A stretch of DNA of 58,331 bases, taken from the NCBI GenBank assembly GCA_041665445.1, contig JBAYIV010000003.1:1-58331 (forward strand). Direction: 5' to 3'. This DNA comes from Minisyncoccota bacterium. GTDB taxonomy: Bacteria; Patescibacteriota; Minisyncoccia; UBA6257; JAGOQP01. The position numbers and the translations under genes are program-made. Position 1 is the stretch's first letter. Every line of letters begins with the position of its first letter. Below, piece by piece: positions 49,608 through 58,285 of this stretch. The notes beneath the pieces were generated by a model that was not told the DNA's origin, ran no database searches, and worked only from the letters and a program-made list of their open reading frames with translations.

Positions 49608-50465
49608 ATGCCGACCCAGCATCGCATTGGCGCTCATGTATCAACCGAGGGGGGCGTCTTGACGGCTCTGGACAATGCTCAGCGTATCGGGGCAAACACT
49701 ATCCAGATTTTTGGGGCCAATCCCGTCCAGTGGCGTGCGCAGGTTCCCGATCAAGCCATCGCGCAACAATTTAAGGAAGGAGCGCACGCGCGCGGCATTG
49801 AACCCGTCTTTTTGCACGCACCGTACCTCATTAATCTTGCGAGCGAGAAGGGTAATCTGGCGGGCATGTCAAAAACGCTTCTCGCAAAACATCTGGAGAT
49901 TGCCAATGCACTGGGGGCGTTTGGGGTTATTTTTCATATCGGATCGCGCGGAGAGCGTGCGGAGAAAGACGCTGAGGCGATGGTGGTGGCGGCCTTGGAT
50001 GAAATCGCTCGTGATGTTCCTCGGGGCATGTTGATTATTGAGAACAGTGCCGGTGCCGGTAATTTGGTTGGTGATACGCTCGAAGAAATCGGGTCTATTT
50101 TGCTTGGGCTTAATAATCCGCGCGTCGGTTTTTGTCTTGACACGGCGCATGCCTTTGCCGCGGGGATATTGAATGATTTTTCCGTCGGAGGCGTCGATGC
50201 TTTTGCCACCAAGATTGATCGTTATGTCGGGCTTGAAAAATTATGGGCTATCCATCTCAACGACAGTAAGGTTCCTGCCGGTTCAAGCAAAGATCGGCAT
50301 GAAAATATTGGAGAGGGCTTAATCGGGGCTACGGCATTGAAACAATTTGTGATGCATCCGGCGTTTGTTAATGTGCCGATGATTCTTGAGGTCCCTGGAT
50401 TTGATGGCGCCGGGCCGGATAAAAAAAATATTGATATTGTGAGATCTTTTTTCGAGGTTATATAA
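49608..50465 (+). CDS. nfo: Endonuclease IV (AP endonuclease)
   Basis: IGAHVS, HAPYLINL, FHIG, IIENSAG, CLDTAHAF, HLNDSK, DRHENIG. Confidence 0.94.
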   Translation: MPTQHRIGAHVSTEGGVLTALDNAQRIGANTIQIFGANPVQWRAQVPDQAIAQQFKEGAHARGIEPVFLHAPYLINLASEKGNLAGMSKTLLAKHLEIANALGAFGVIFHIGSRGERAEKDAEAMVVAALDEIARDVPRGMLIIENSAGAGNLVGDTLEEIGSILLGLNNPRVGFCLDTAHAFAAGILNDFSVGGVDAFATKIDRYVGLEKLWAIHLNDSKVPAGSSKDRHENIGEGLIGATALKQFVMHPAFVNVPMILEVPGFDGAGPDKKNIDIVRSFFEVI

Positions 50466-50484
50466 GTAATCAGTGATAGCGCCT

Positions 50485-50766
50485 ATGTCAAACGAATCAA
50501 AGAAGGAATTACTCAAAGAAGTGAAGGAAAAGGCCAAGGAAGACGCACGCAAGGCATCGAGAACATTTCTTGAGAAAACGGGCATTTATGTTATGGCTGG
50601 TCTTGGATTGGTGGTCGGTTTAGCATGGAACGATGCCATTCAGGCACTCGTCAAAGAGCTGGTTCCTATCGGAACGGGAACCGTGGTATTGAAATTTATC
50701 TACGCAGTCATTATCACCGGCGTGCTGGTCTTGATCTCAATGCGGATGGAAAAGAATTCGTCGTAA
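50485..50766 (+). CDS. Small two-helix membrane protein (DUF5654-like)
   Basis: AGLGLVVGLAWNDAIQAL...KFIYAVIIT. Confidence 0.7.
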   Translation: MSNESKKELLKEVKEKAKEDARKASRTFLEKTGIYVMAGLGLVVGLAWNDAIQALVKELVPIGTGTVVLKFIYAVIITGVLVLISMRMEKNSS

Positions 50767-50888
50767 GGATGGGTCATGGCTCTGCGGCTGCTTTTTGAAA
50801 TTCTTAGTTATTATTTTTCCACAAAACAAAACGCCGATACTATCGGCGTTTTGTTTTGTGCTCGTCGTGTTTGATTTTTGTTTCTGCC

Positions 50889-51188
50889 TTATTCGTGCTT
50901 CTTGGCGTTTTCAATAATGTCGCCATCTTTAAAGAGAATCTGCTCAAGTTTCTGACGCCAGGCTGGCATTTTGCGTGCAAGCCATTCCAACTCGGTGGCA
51001 AAATGTTCCATTTCCTCCTTCTGTGCGTGTTCAATGATTTTTTTTACTTCGGGATCTTTTGAGACGGCAATGCGTTGCTGGTATCCCTGGATTGCTTCGG
51101 CCTCCTCAACCATTGAGGCGATCATGCGGGCAATGTCTTTTTCTCCCTCGGACAGCGCATTGTCTGACTCCATGTATACTTGTGCCAT
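50889..51188 (-). CDS. Encapsulated-ferritin (EncFtn)-like protein
   Basis: RMIASMVEEAEAIQGYQQR...HAQKEEMEH...LEWL...ILF matches the EncFtn family pattern EExEAxxWYxQR / EEKEH. Confidence 0.8.
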   Translation of the reverse strand: MAQVYMESDNALSEGEKDIARMIASMVEEAEAIQGYQQRIAVSKDPEVKKIIEHAQKEEMEHFATELEWLARKMPAWRQKLEQILFKDGDIIENAKKHE

Positions 51189-51286
51189 AAATGTTGCGGT
51201 TACTGATGATGCTGATAGTATAGCATGGAATATCAGGTGAGGCGTAGTGCCTTGCTTTTTAATGTCTGCGCGGTATACTGGCGCTC

Positions 51287-51367
51287 ATGTATAAGAAGAA
51301 AAAAGTAGCCGACAAGAAACATCGAAAAAATAAGGGGAAAAAAATAGCCTCTTTGCGCAATCGTTAA
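51287..51367 (+). CDS. Putative 26-aa highly basic peptide (not in the ORF track)
   Basis: MYKKKKVADKKHRKNKGKKIASLRNR, with its own TTGCTT-16-TATACT promoter and a downstream hairpin/T-tract. Confidence 0.5.
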   Translation: MYKKKKVADKKHRKNKGKKIASLRNR

Positions 51368-51424
51368 GCCCGCTCTCCCGCTTTGCCGGGAGAGATTTTT
51401 TATAAAAAAGTATATACTGCGCCT

Positions 51425-52093
51425 ATGTTGTATATCGTTGGAACGCCTATTGGCAACTTAAAAGACATTACCGAGCGGGCACTTGAAATTTTACGTACGG
51501 TGCCGGTGATTATTATGGAAAGCCCGCAAGACTCAATGCGTCTGGTCCGTGCCTATGCCTTGCCACAGAAGGAAATTATTAAATACAACGAACGCAATAG
51601 AAAGAGAATGGAAGCTGAGGTGCTGACGGTACTGCAGGAAAAGGACGCCGCGTACATCACGTCGGCGGGCATGCCTGGGATTAGTGACCCAGGCGAAGAT
51701 TTGGTGCGTTTGGCGCGAGCGCATAGTGTTCCGGTCAATGTCGTCCCGGGGCCGTCGGCGTTGACGGCCGCACTCGCTTTGTCGGGGTTACCCATCCGCG
51801 AATTTTCTTTCATTAGTTTTCCTCCCAAAAAGGAGGGTCAGTTGAAAAAACTTTTCGTCGAATATGCGGAACGGAAAACGACGTTGGTATTTTTTGAGTC
51901 GCCGTTTCGGATTGTTAAAACCATCGCCGCACTTGAAAAAACGGTTCCCGATGTGCGCGTTTTTGTTGCTAAGGAACTGACCAAAATGTTTGAAAATTCA
52001 TTTGAGGGAATGCCTGCAGATGTTTTGGCGCAACTGGCTACCAGTCCCAAAAATACCAAGGGCGAATTTGTCGTGGTGGTTGCGTTCGGATGA
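51425..52093 (+). CDS. rsmI: 16S rRNA (cytidine-1402-2'-O)-methyltransferase
   Basis: LYIVGTPIGNLKDIT, AGMPGISDPG, FESPFR, KELTKMFE, GEFVVV. Confidence 0.94.
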   Translation: MLYIVGTPIGNLKDITERALEILRTVPVIIMESPQDSMRLVRAYALPQKEIIKYNERNRKRMEAEVLTVLQEKDAAYITSAGMPGISDPGEDLVRLARAHSVPVNVVPGPSALTAALALSGLPIREFSFISFPPKKEGQLKKLFVEYAERKTTLVFFESPFRIVKTIAALEKTVPDVRVFVAKELTKMFENSFEGMPADVLAQLATSPKNTKGEFVVVVAFG

Positions 52094-52098
52094 ATGTG

Positions 52099-53136
52099 CT
52101 AGGCGATAAACATTCCGTCGCCGAACGAGAAGAAACGATAGTTTTTATCAGCGGCTTTTTGATACAGCGAGAGAATTTTTTTGCGTCCGACAAATGCGGA
52201 CACTAACATGAGTAGACTGGATTGTGGTACATGGAAGTTGGTGATGAGGCCGGTGGTGAATTTAAAATGGTACCCTTCGCGAATAAAAAGATCAGTAGTC
52301 CCCAATGGACGCACGATGTGTCCGCGTGCGTTCGAGGCTGATTCAAGCGTACGGACAACGGTGGTGCCCGCAGCAATAATGGGACGTTTTTCTTTTTTCG
52401 CTTGAGTGAGCAGTGCAACGGTTTTTTGATCAATCTGGTACCATTCATGATGCAGGGTACCGCGGGAGATGTTTTCTTGCGTGAGCGGCGCGAAGGTGCC
52501 CAGACCAACGTGCAATGTGGTGTAGGCAATAGTAACACCTTGTTTTTTGAGGCGCGTGAGCAGGCGTTTGGTGAAATGAAGTGACGCGGTCGGAGCGGCG
52601 ATTGAGCCGTTCTTCTGTGCGAAGATTGTCTGATACTTTTTTTTCAGTTGTGCGCGGGTAAGCGGAGAATGTTTGATATACGGGGGGATAGGCATGGTTC
52701 CGTGTCGTTCAAGAATTTCAAAAAGGTTTTTAACTGGAAAGGACGGCAAAAGAAAATAATATTTTTGTTCTTGTCGGGCGACGGTAAATGATATGGTATG
52801 TGAAAGTATTAATCGTGAGCCGACGGGTAGTCTTCGGTCGGCCATGACTTGCATGTGCGGCGCGTGTGTTTCGACGTAGGTAATAGTCGCTTTGCCGCCG
52901 GTTTCCTTGGTTACGGAAAAACGTGCGGGGATGACTTTGGTTTTATTAAAAACAAGAATGGCATTGTGAGGCAGATAATCGGCTAGGTTCAGAAATGTGT
53001 CGTGCATTACCGCCTCTTTTTTTCTGTTGTATACTAAGAGCCGAGCGCTGTCGCGAGGAGAGGCCGGTTCTTGAGCGATGCGGTCGGAAGAAACTGCGTA
53101 ATCGTATCGTGTGAGTAATTTTTTGAGTGTTGCCAT
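52099..53136 (-). CDS. queA: S-adenosylmethionine:tRNA ribosyltransferase-isomerase
   Basis: RDSARLLV, FNKTKVIPAR, PIPPYI, AAPTASLHF, GTTVVRTLES, TNFHVP, FFSFGDGM. Confidence 0.95.
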   Translation of the reverse strand: MATLKKLLTRYDYAVSSDRIAQEPASPRDSARLLVYNRKKEAVMHDTFLNLADYLPHNAILVFNKTKVIPARFSVTKETGGKATITYVETHAPHMQVMADRRLPVGSRLILSHTISFTVARQEQKYYFLLPSFPVKNLFEILERHGTMPIPPYIKHSPLTRAQLKKKYQTIFAQKNGSIAAPTASLHFTKRLLTRLKKQGVTIAYTTLHVGLGTFAPLTQENISRGTLHHEWYQIDQKTVALLTQAKKEKRPIIAAGTTVVRTLESASNARGHIVRPLGTTDLFIREGYHFKFTTGLITNFHVPQSSLLMLVSAFVGRKKILSLYQKAADKNYRFFSFGDGMFIA

Positions 53137-53179
53137 ATCGATGCGGGGGGGCGGAACATAAAGCAAGATTTTTTTGGTT

Positions 53180-54349
53180 TTATAGCAATCCGTTTTTTAT
53201 TCGTGTGCGAATATCGGCGACATACGCATTGAAGGTATGCAGATTGTGGATGGTGAGTAAGATGAGCGGTGTAATTTCATATGCGCGGAGGAGGTGGGCG
53301 ATAAAGCTACGGCTGTGTGTGCGGCAGGTAAAGCACGAACAATGCGGATCAAGCGGGCGCATGTCTTTGAGATAGACTGATTTGTGCAGATCGAGCCGTT
53401 CAAAGCGGGGGAGCGTCGTTTTTGTTCCAATGGTTTTGCGGATAAACGCGTGGCCGTGACGCGCATAGTGCGTGGGGGTAATGCAGTCAAACGTGTCAAC
53501 GCCTTCTTTGATAACTTCAGCAATGTCCTGCAAATGTCCAATACCCAGCAAGTGTCGAGGTTTTTGTTCGGGGAGTTCGTCGACAACCCAGCGAATCATC
53601 CCGGTCATTTGTCGTTTGTCGTCCCCGAATTCTCCACCGATGCCAAATCCGTCAAACGGCAGTGCACCGATCGTACGGGCGCTTTGCGTTCGCAAGTCTT
53701 TGTATTTTCCTCCCTGTACAATGCCGTACAGTGCCTGATCTGTTTTTTTAGTTTTGAGGCATTGTGCGGCCCAACGGTGGGTGCGTTCCATGGCAGTTTT
53801 GGTGTATTCGTGCGTCGCAATCGGAGAGGTGCATTCATCGAATGCAAAAATAATATCGGCGCCGATTTTTTCTTGAATGCGGATTGATTCCTTGGGACCT
53901 AGAAAAATCGGCGAACCATCAATGTATGATTTAAATGCAACGCCCGCTTCGGTGATTTTCAATGATCGCGGCTGATCGCCGCGCTTGATTTGAGCGTCAG
54001 TTTTTTGTTTTAAGATTTTACCGGTGCCAAAGTCTTTCCCGAATCCGAGTGAAAAAACCTGGAATCCTCCCGAGTCAGTCATAAGGGGCTTTTGCCAACC
54101 GATATAGGCGTGGATCCCGCCGGCGCGCTTGATGACATTTTCTCCCGGACGCAAATGCAAATGGTAGGTATTGGCAATGAGCAACTGCGTGCCGACTTCT
54201 TTTATTTGGCGCAGTTCCAATGCCTTGATGGTCCCTTGGGTCGCCACACCAACGAATGATGGCGTTTGAACGATGCCGTGAGGTGTCTGTATGATGCCCA
54301 GCCGCGCGCGGCTCCTTTTTGATTTTTTTACAATGCGAAATGTTATCAT
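53180..54349 (-). CDS. tgt: tRNA-guanine transglycosylase
   Basis: TDSGGFQVFSL, FDEC, GIVQGG, KPRHLLGIG, FDC, CSCFTC Zn site. Confidence 0.95.
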   Translation of the reverse strand: MITFRIVKKSKRSRARLGIIQTPHGIVQTPSFVGVATQGTIKALELRQIKEVGTQLLIANTYHLHLRPGENVIKRAGGIHAYIGWQKPLMTDSGGFQVFSLGFGKDFGTGKILKQKTDAQIKRGDQPRSLKITEAGVAFKSYIDGSPIFLGPKESIRIQEKIGADIIFAFDECTSPIATHEYTKTAMERTHRWAAQCLKTKKTDQALYGIVQGGKYKDLRTQSARTIGALPFDGFGIGGEFGDDKRQMTGMIRWVVDELPEQKPRHLLGIGHLQDIAEVIKEGVDTFDCITPTHYARHGHAFIRKTIGTKTTLPRFERLDLHKSVYLKDMRPLDPHCSCFTCRTHSRSFIAHLLRAYEITPLILLTIHNLHTFNAYVADIRTRIKNGLL

Positions 54350-54511
54350 GCCAATTCCGATTCATACTAATGGCTGGAAGCAAAAATGGCAACCCACAGG
54401 AGCGTTGTTGATGGTCGTTTTTAGCGGCGGTCACCGTTCATTTGTCCGAATGTTGCATCACGGAGAGAAAAAACGTATGATGGAGGCACTAAAAATCTAC
54501 CGTATTATCAC

Positions 54512-55528
54512 ATGGCGCTGACTACAAAAATAGGGATTGATTTAGGGACGGCCAATACCGTTGTTTTTGTCCCTAAACGAGGGTTTGTGATTAATGAGCC
54601 AACGATGGTTGCTTTGAGCATCCCCGACAATCATGTGTTGGCGGTTGGCAAGGAGGCCAAGGAGATGATCGGTAAGACTCCCTCGGACATCATCGCCTAT
54701 AAGCCGCTCAAAGACGGTGTGATTGCCGATTATTACATCACCAAGGCATTATTGCGATATTTTATTGCTAAGGCGGCCGGACCTTTGCGGAGGATCATTA
54801 AACCCGATGTCGTTATCTCTGTTCCTGCTGGTATCACCCAGACCGAAAAACGGGCGGTTCTCAATGCCGCACAAGAAGCCGGAGCGCGGCGGGCACACAT
54901 TGTGCGTGAACCGATTTTGGCGGCGCTGGGTGCTGGGATTCCCATTAACTCGCATTCGGGAAACATGATTATCAATATCGGCGGCGGTACATCGGAAGTG
55001 GCGGTGGTGTCGCTGGGTGGCATTGTGTCGTGGGCAAGTCTGCGGATTGCGGGAAATAAATTTGATCAGGCGATTATTAATTTTATAAAAAAGAAATATG
55101 GTCTGTATATTGGGGAGCAGACCGCTGAAATGGTGAAAATTGCCATCAGTTCTGCAGTATCAACGCGTACCAAGAAAGAGTATCAAATCCGCGGGCGCGA
55201 CGTATCGTCGGGATTGCCCCGCGACATCGCTATCGGGTCAAATGAAATCGCCGAAGCGTTGCATCCGCATTTGGTAGAAATCGCCGCAGCGGTACAAAAT
55301 GTTTTTAATCAAACGCCTCCCGAATTGGTTGCCGATATTATGGAAAAGGGGATTGTGCTTTCCGGTGGCGGCGCACAGATTGGAAATTTGCCGATGTTTT
55401 TTAAAAAAGCGTTAGGGGTCAATGCTTTTGTTGCCGAAGAACCGTTGTTTTGCGTAGCCAAGGGAACGGGTCTCATTTTGAGCCATTTGGATGTTTATAA
55501 AAGGACGTTGCTCAATAAAGGCGTGTAA
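54512..55528 (+). CDS. mreB: Rod shape-determining protein MreB family
   Basis: IGIDLGTANT, PLKDGVIAD, IGGGTSE, GIVLSGGGA. Confidence 0.93.
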   Translation: MALTTKIGIDLGTANTVVFVPKRGFVINEPTMVALSIPDNHVLAVGKEAKEMIGKTPSDIIAYKPLKDGVIADYYITKALLRYFIAKAAGPLRRIIKPDVVISVPAGITQTEKRAVLNAAQEAGARRAHIVREPILAALGAGIPINSHSGNMIINIGGGTSEVAVVSLGGIVSWASLRIAGNKFDQAIINFIKKKYGLYIGEQTAEMVKIAISSAVSTRTKKEYQIRGRDVSSGLPRDIAIGSNEIAEALHPHLVEIAAAVQNVFNQTPPELVADIMEKGIVLSGGGAQIGNLPMFFKKALGVNAFVAEEPLFCVAKGTGLILSHLDVYKRTLLNKGV

Positions 55529-55532
55529 TACA

Positions 55533-56432
55533 ATGATATACGGGTACGATGATATCGTACAAGATTTAAAACGATTGGCAGATACGCGAGCGTTGGCGCA
55601 CGCGTATTTATTTTTTGGCGAGGCGGGCGTGGGAAAATATGCATGTGCCCATGCTTTGGCGCGCTATTGTGAGACGGGCGTCTGGGATCAAGACGGGGCA
55701 TTATTGCAAGAGGTATTTATTCTTGATGCACATGAGCTTTTGGAGCGCGACGACGCGAACAAGGAAAGTATTGGTATTCAGAGCGTGCGGGGACTTGAGC
55801 GGTTTTTATATCAGACGCCCATCCGATCACCCTATCGCATCGGCATTGTGCGTGATGCCGAATGGCTAACCGACCAGGCACAAAATGCTCTTTTGAAACT
55901 TTTAGAAGAGCCGCCCGCTCGCGGTATGGTTATTTTGATCGCCCAAGACCCTTCGGTCCTTTTACCAACTGTTTCTTCTCGTGTGCAGGGTATTTGTATG
56001 GGCATTGTGGGGGACAATCGGGTACTTGACTTTTTGAAAGAATATGCTAAAATAGCACCCAGTAATGCTCAAAAAATAGCAAAAAAAGCGCGTGGGAGGA
56101 TTGGGAGAGCAAAGAGCCTTCTTGCTCCCGATAAAAGTAGGGAAACGGCACAGAAGCTCGTTAGTATGTGCCTTAAGCGTCCCGCAAGCGCATATGCGCT
56201 TAAAAAAATTGCGGATGACGTGGTGGACTTTATGGAGAAGAAACCCGCGCATATGAACCTGTTTTTTGAGGAATTACTCGATGCGTTGCCGGTCGACCCG
56301 GCGCATGTATCGGTGCGGCGCGCGATATCAGATGGCATTGCCGCCATCGCTACCTATGGTGCGCACAAACGATTAATTCTCAAAAAAATATTATGGGTGA
56401 AACACTCTCTTACGTCCTTCTCCTCATCGTAG
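55533..56432 (+). CDS. holB: DNA polymerase III delta-prime-like clamp loader subunit
   Basis: HAYLFFGEAGVGK, AQNALLKLLEEP, LLPTVSSRV. Confidence 0.85.
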   Translation: MIYGYDDIVQDLKRLADTRALAHAYLFFGEAGVGKYACAHALARYCETGVWDQDGALLQEVFILDAHELLERDDANKESIGIQSVRGLERFLYQTPIRSPYRIGIVRDAEWLTDQAQNALLKLLEEPPARGMVILIAQDPSVLLPTVSSRVQGICMGIVGDNRVLDFLKEYAKIAPSNAQKIAKKARGRIGRAKSLLAPDKSRETAQKLVSMCLKRPASAYALKKIADDVVDFMEKKPAHMNLFFEELLDALPVDPAHVSVRRAISDGIAAIATYGAHKRLILKKILWVKHSLTSFSSS

Positions 56433-57481
56433 CCGTTATCGGCGTGTTTTTCGGTTTGGGCGGCGGCATGAGCGCTATTATGCCGTCTGGAAATTCAGGG
56501 GGCGGGCTTTTTGCTTCGGCGTTTGCGATGGTTGAGACGAATTTTGGTGCGGACATCACGCAAGGAATGTTTCTTGTTTCGTTTGATAATTTTAAAAACG
56601 TTTACACGACCATTCTGGACAAGAGCCAGCCCACCAAAATTTTTGATGTGGACGGCTATGTGCCCCAGAATCTGTTTTATGTCGCCACTGATCACGGGTT
56701 GTTTTTAAGCAATGACGGTGCGTTGACGTTTAATCGGTTTATTACCTCCAATAATGAGATCAATGCTACGGCGGTCGTGTATCGCGTGGTTCCGTTTTCC
56801 AATCGCGGGAAGGATTATTTTATTTCGGTGTATAACAACGGGGTGGGAACGGTGTATTCGACTAATGACTATTTTTTCCATCTAACAAAAGTTGTTGATT
56901 TTACGGGGGAGGCCGCTTACGACATCGTGGCATCGGGCAATACGCTGTATATTGCGCTTTCGAATGGCCAACTCATTCATTACAATCGGACGACGCAAGA
57001 AATGCGAGTCGTTGAGGCATTTCCATCTCCCATCGTCAAAATTCAACAAGGTCCGGATGGAACGTTCTATGTAATGCTTAAGTCGGGCTCGGTCAAAACT
57101 GCCTCAGCGTTGGAGGGGCCGTTTGCTGATCTGCATACGCCTTCTGGCGGGGGTTTTCTGGCATTCCTCTTTCCGTTTATGTCGTCCCCAGTGGCACATC
57201 TTGATTTTGATGCCGCTGGCCACCTCTATGCTCTCAACAATCAGGGTGTCTGGAAAAGCGTGGACAAGGGGATACATTGGGAGCTATTAAAAACTATTCC
57301 CATCCAAACAAAAACCATCGACACGGTTGCGGTTCATAACGGTGTCGTGTATGTGGTTTCTGGATCGCGTATGTATGTGAGTCGTGACTTTGGACGTAAT
57401 TGGAAAATTCAGGATCTTCAAAATCAGTTTAAAATTGCCAACATCTTCTTTGTACAAGATCGGATTATTATGGGGATGTAG
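56393..57481 (+). CDS. Membrane-anchored beta-propeller-like surface protein
   Basis: N-terminal TM helix; repeated BNR/Asp-box-like SxDxGxxW motifs (SNDGALTF, SVDKGIHW, SRDFGRNW). Confidence 0.7.
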   Translation: MGETLSYVLLLIVAVIGVFFGLGGGMSAIMPSGNSGGGLFASAFAMVETNFGADITQGMFLVSFDNFKNVYTTILDKSQPTKIFDVDGYVPQNLFYVATDHGLFLSNDGALTFNRFITSNNEINATAVVYRVVPFSNRGKDYFISVYNNGVGTVYSTNDYFFHLTKVVDFTGEAAYDIVASGNTLYIALSNGQLIHYNRTTQEMRVVEAFPSPIVKIQQGPDGTFYVMLKSGSVKTASALEGPFADLHTPSGGGFLAFLFPFMSSPVAHLDFDAAGHLYALNNQGVWKSVDKGIHWELLKTIPIQTKTIDTVAVHNGVVYVVSGSRMYVSRDFGRNWKIQDLQNQFKIANIFFVQDRIIMGM

Positions 57482-57627
57482 AATCAACGAAAGGCAAAAT
57501 GTAAAAATAGAGGATGCTCTGCGAGCTTTCCGCACCGCCCCTGCTTCACATCTGAAGCGGGGGCGGTGTTGTTTTTGCCGCTGTCCTTGAGTATACTGGT
57601 GGTATTATTTCTTAATTTTTATTGACC

Positions 57628-58176
57628 ATGGAAAACATCAAACAAGAATTGCAAGGGCACTTGGACATTATTCGGCAGATGCTCAAAGATGAAGTCGCGG
57701 CGGTGCGCGGATCGCGCCCGACGCCGGCATTGGTGGAAGATATTATGGTGGAATACTATGGACAAAAAATGCCCATCAAACAAATGGGATCAATCGGCGT
57801 TGTTCCGCCCCGCGAAATTCAGGTGAGCGTGTGGGATCAGAGTGCGGCCTCACTGGTTGCCAAAGCAATATCGGACAAGCTCAACGTTCAAGCCGCTCCC
57901 GATGGAAGCATTATTCATGTTAACTTGCCGTCGCTGACGCAGGATCGTAAGGATGAGTTGATTAAAATGGTGCGGGCAAAAATCGAAGATGCACGCATTA
58001 AGTCTCGCACCATGCGCGATGAGATTAAGAAAAAAATCGCCGACAAAGAAAAAGCGGCGGAATTAACCGAGGACGACAAATTCGAACTAGGTGAATTTAT
58101 GCAAAAAGCTGTTGATGCGTTCAATAAGGATCTTGATGCGGTGTTGGAGAAAAAAATCGCGGAGATAAACGAATAG
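57628..58176 (+). CDS. frr: Ribosome recycling factor
   Basis: VRGSRPTPALVE, VEYYG, VWD, LTQDRK, IKSRTMRDE. Confidence 0.93.
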   Translation: MENIKQELQGHLDIIRQMLKDEVAAVRGSRPTPALVEDIMVEYYGQKMPIKQMGSIGVVPPREIQVSVWDQSAASLVAKAISDKLNVQAAPDGSIIHVNLPSLTQDRKDELIKMVRAKIEDARIKSRTMRDEIKKKIADKEKAAELTEDDKFELGEFMQKAVDAFNKDLDAVLEKKIAEINE

Positions 58177-58179
58177 GCG

Positions 58180-58279
58180 GAAATGCAAAATGCAAAAATA
58201 AAAATGCAAAACAATGGTTGTCCTGCTGATTTTCTGAACATTTTATAATTTCACATCGTCATTTTTCATTTTTGCATTT
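58180..58279. repeat. Heptamer-like (AAAATGC) inverted repeat upstream of terminal pilin
   Basis: GAAATGCAAAATGCAAAAATAAAAATGCAAAA ... CATTTTTCATTTTTGCATTT. Confidence 0.65.
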
Positions 58280-58285
58280 AGTCCC

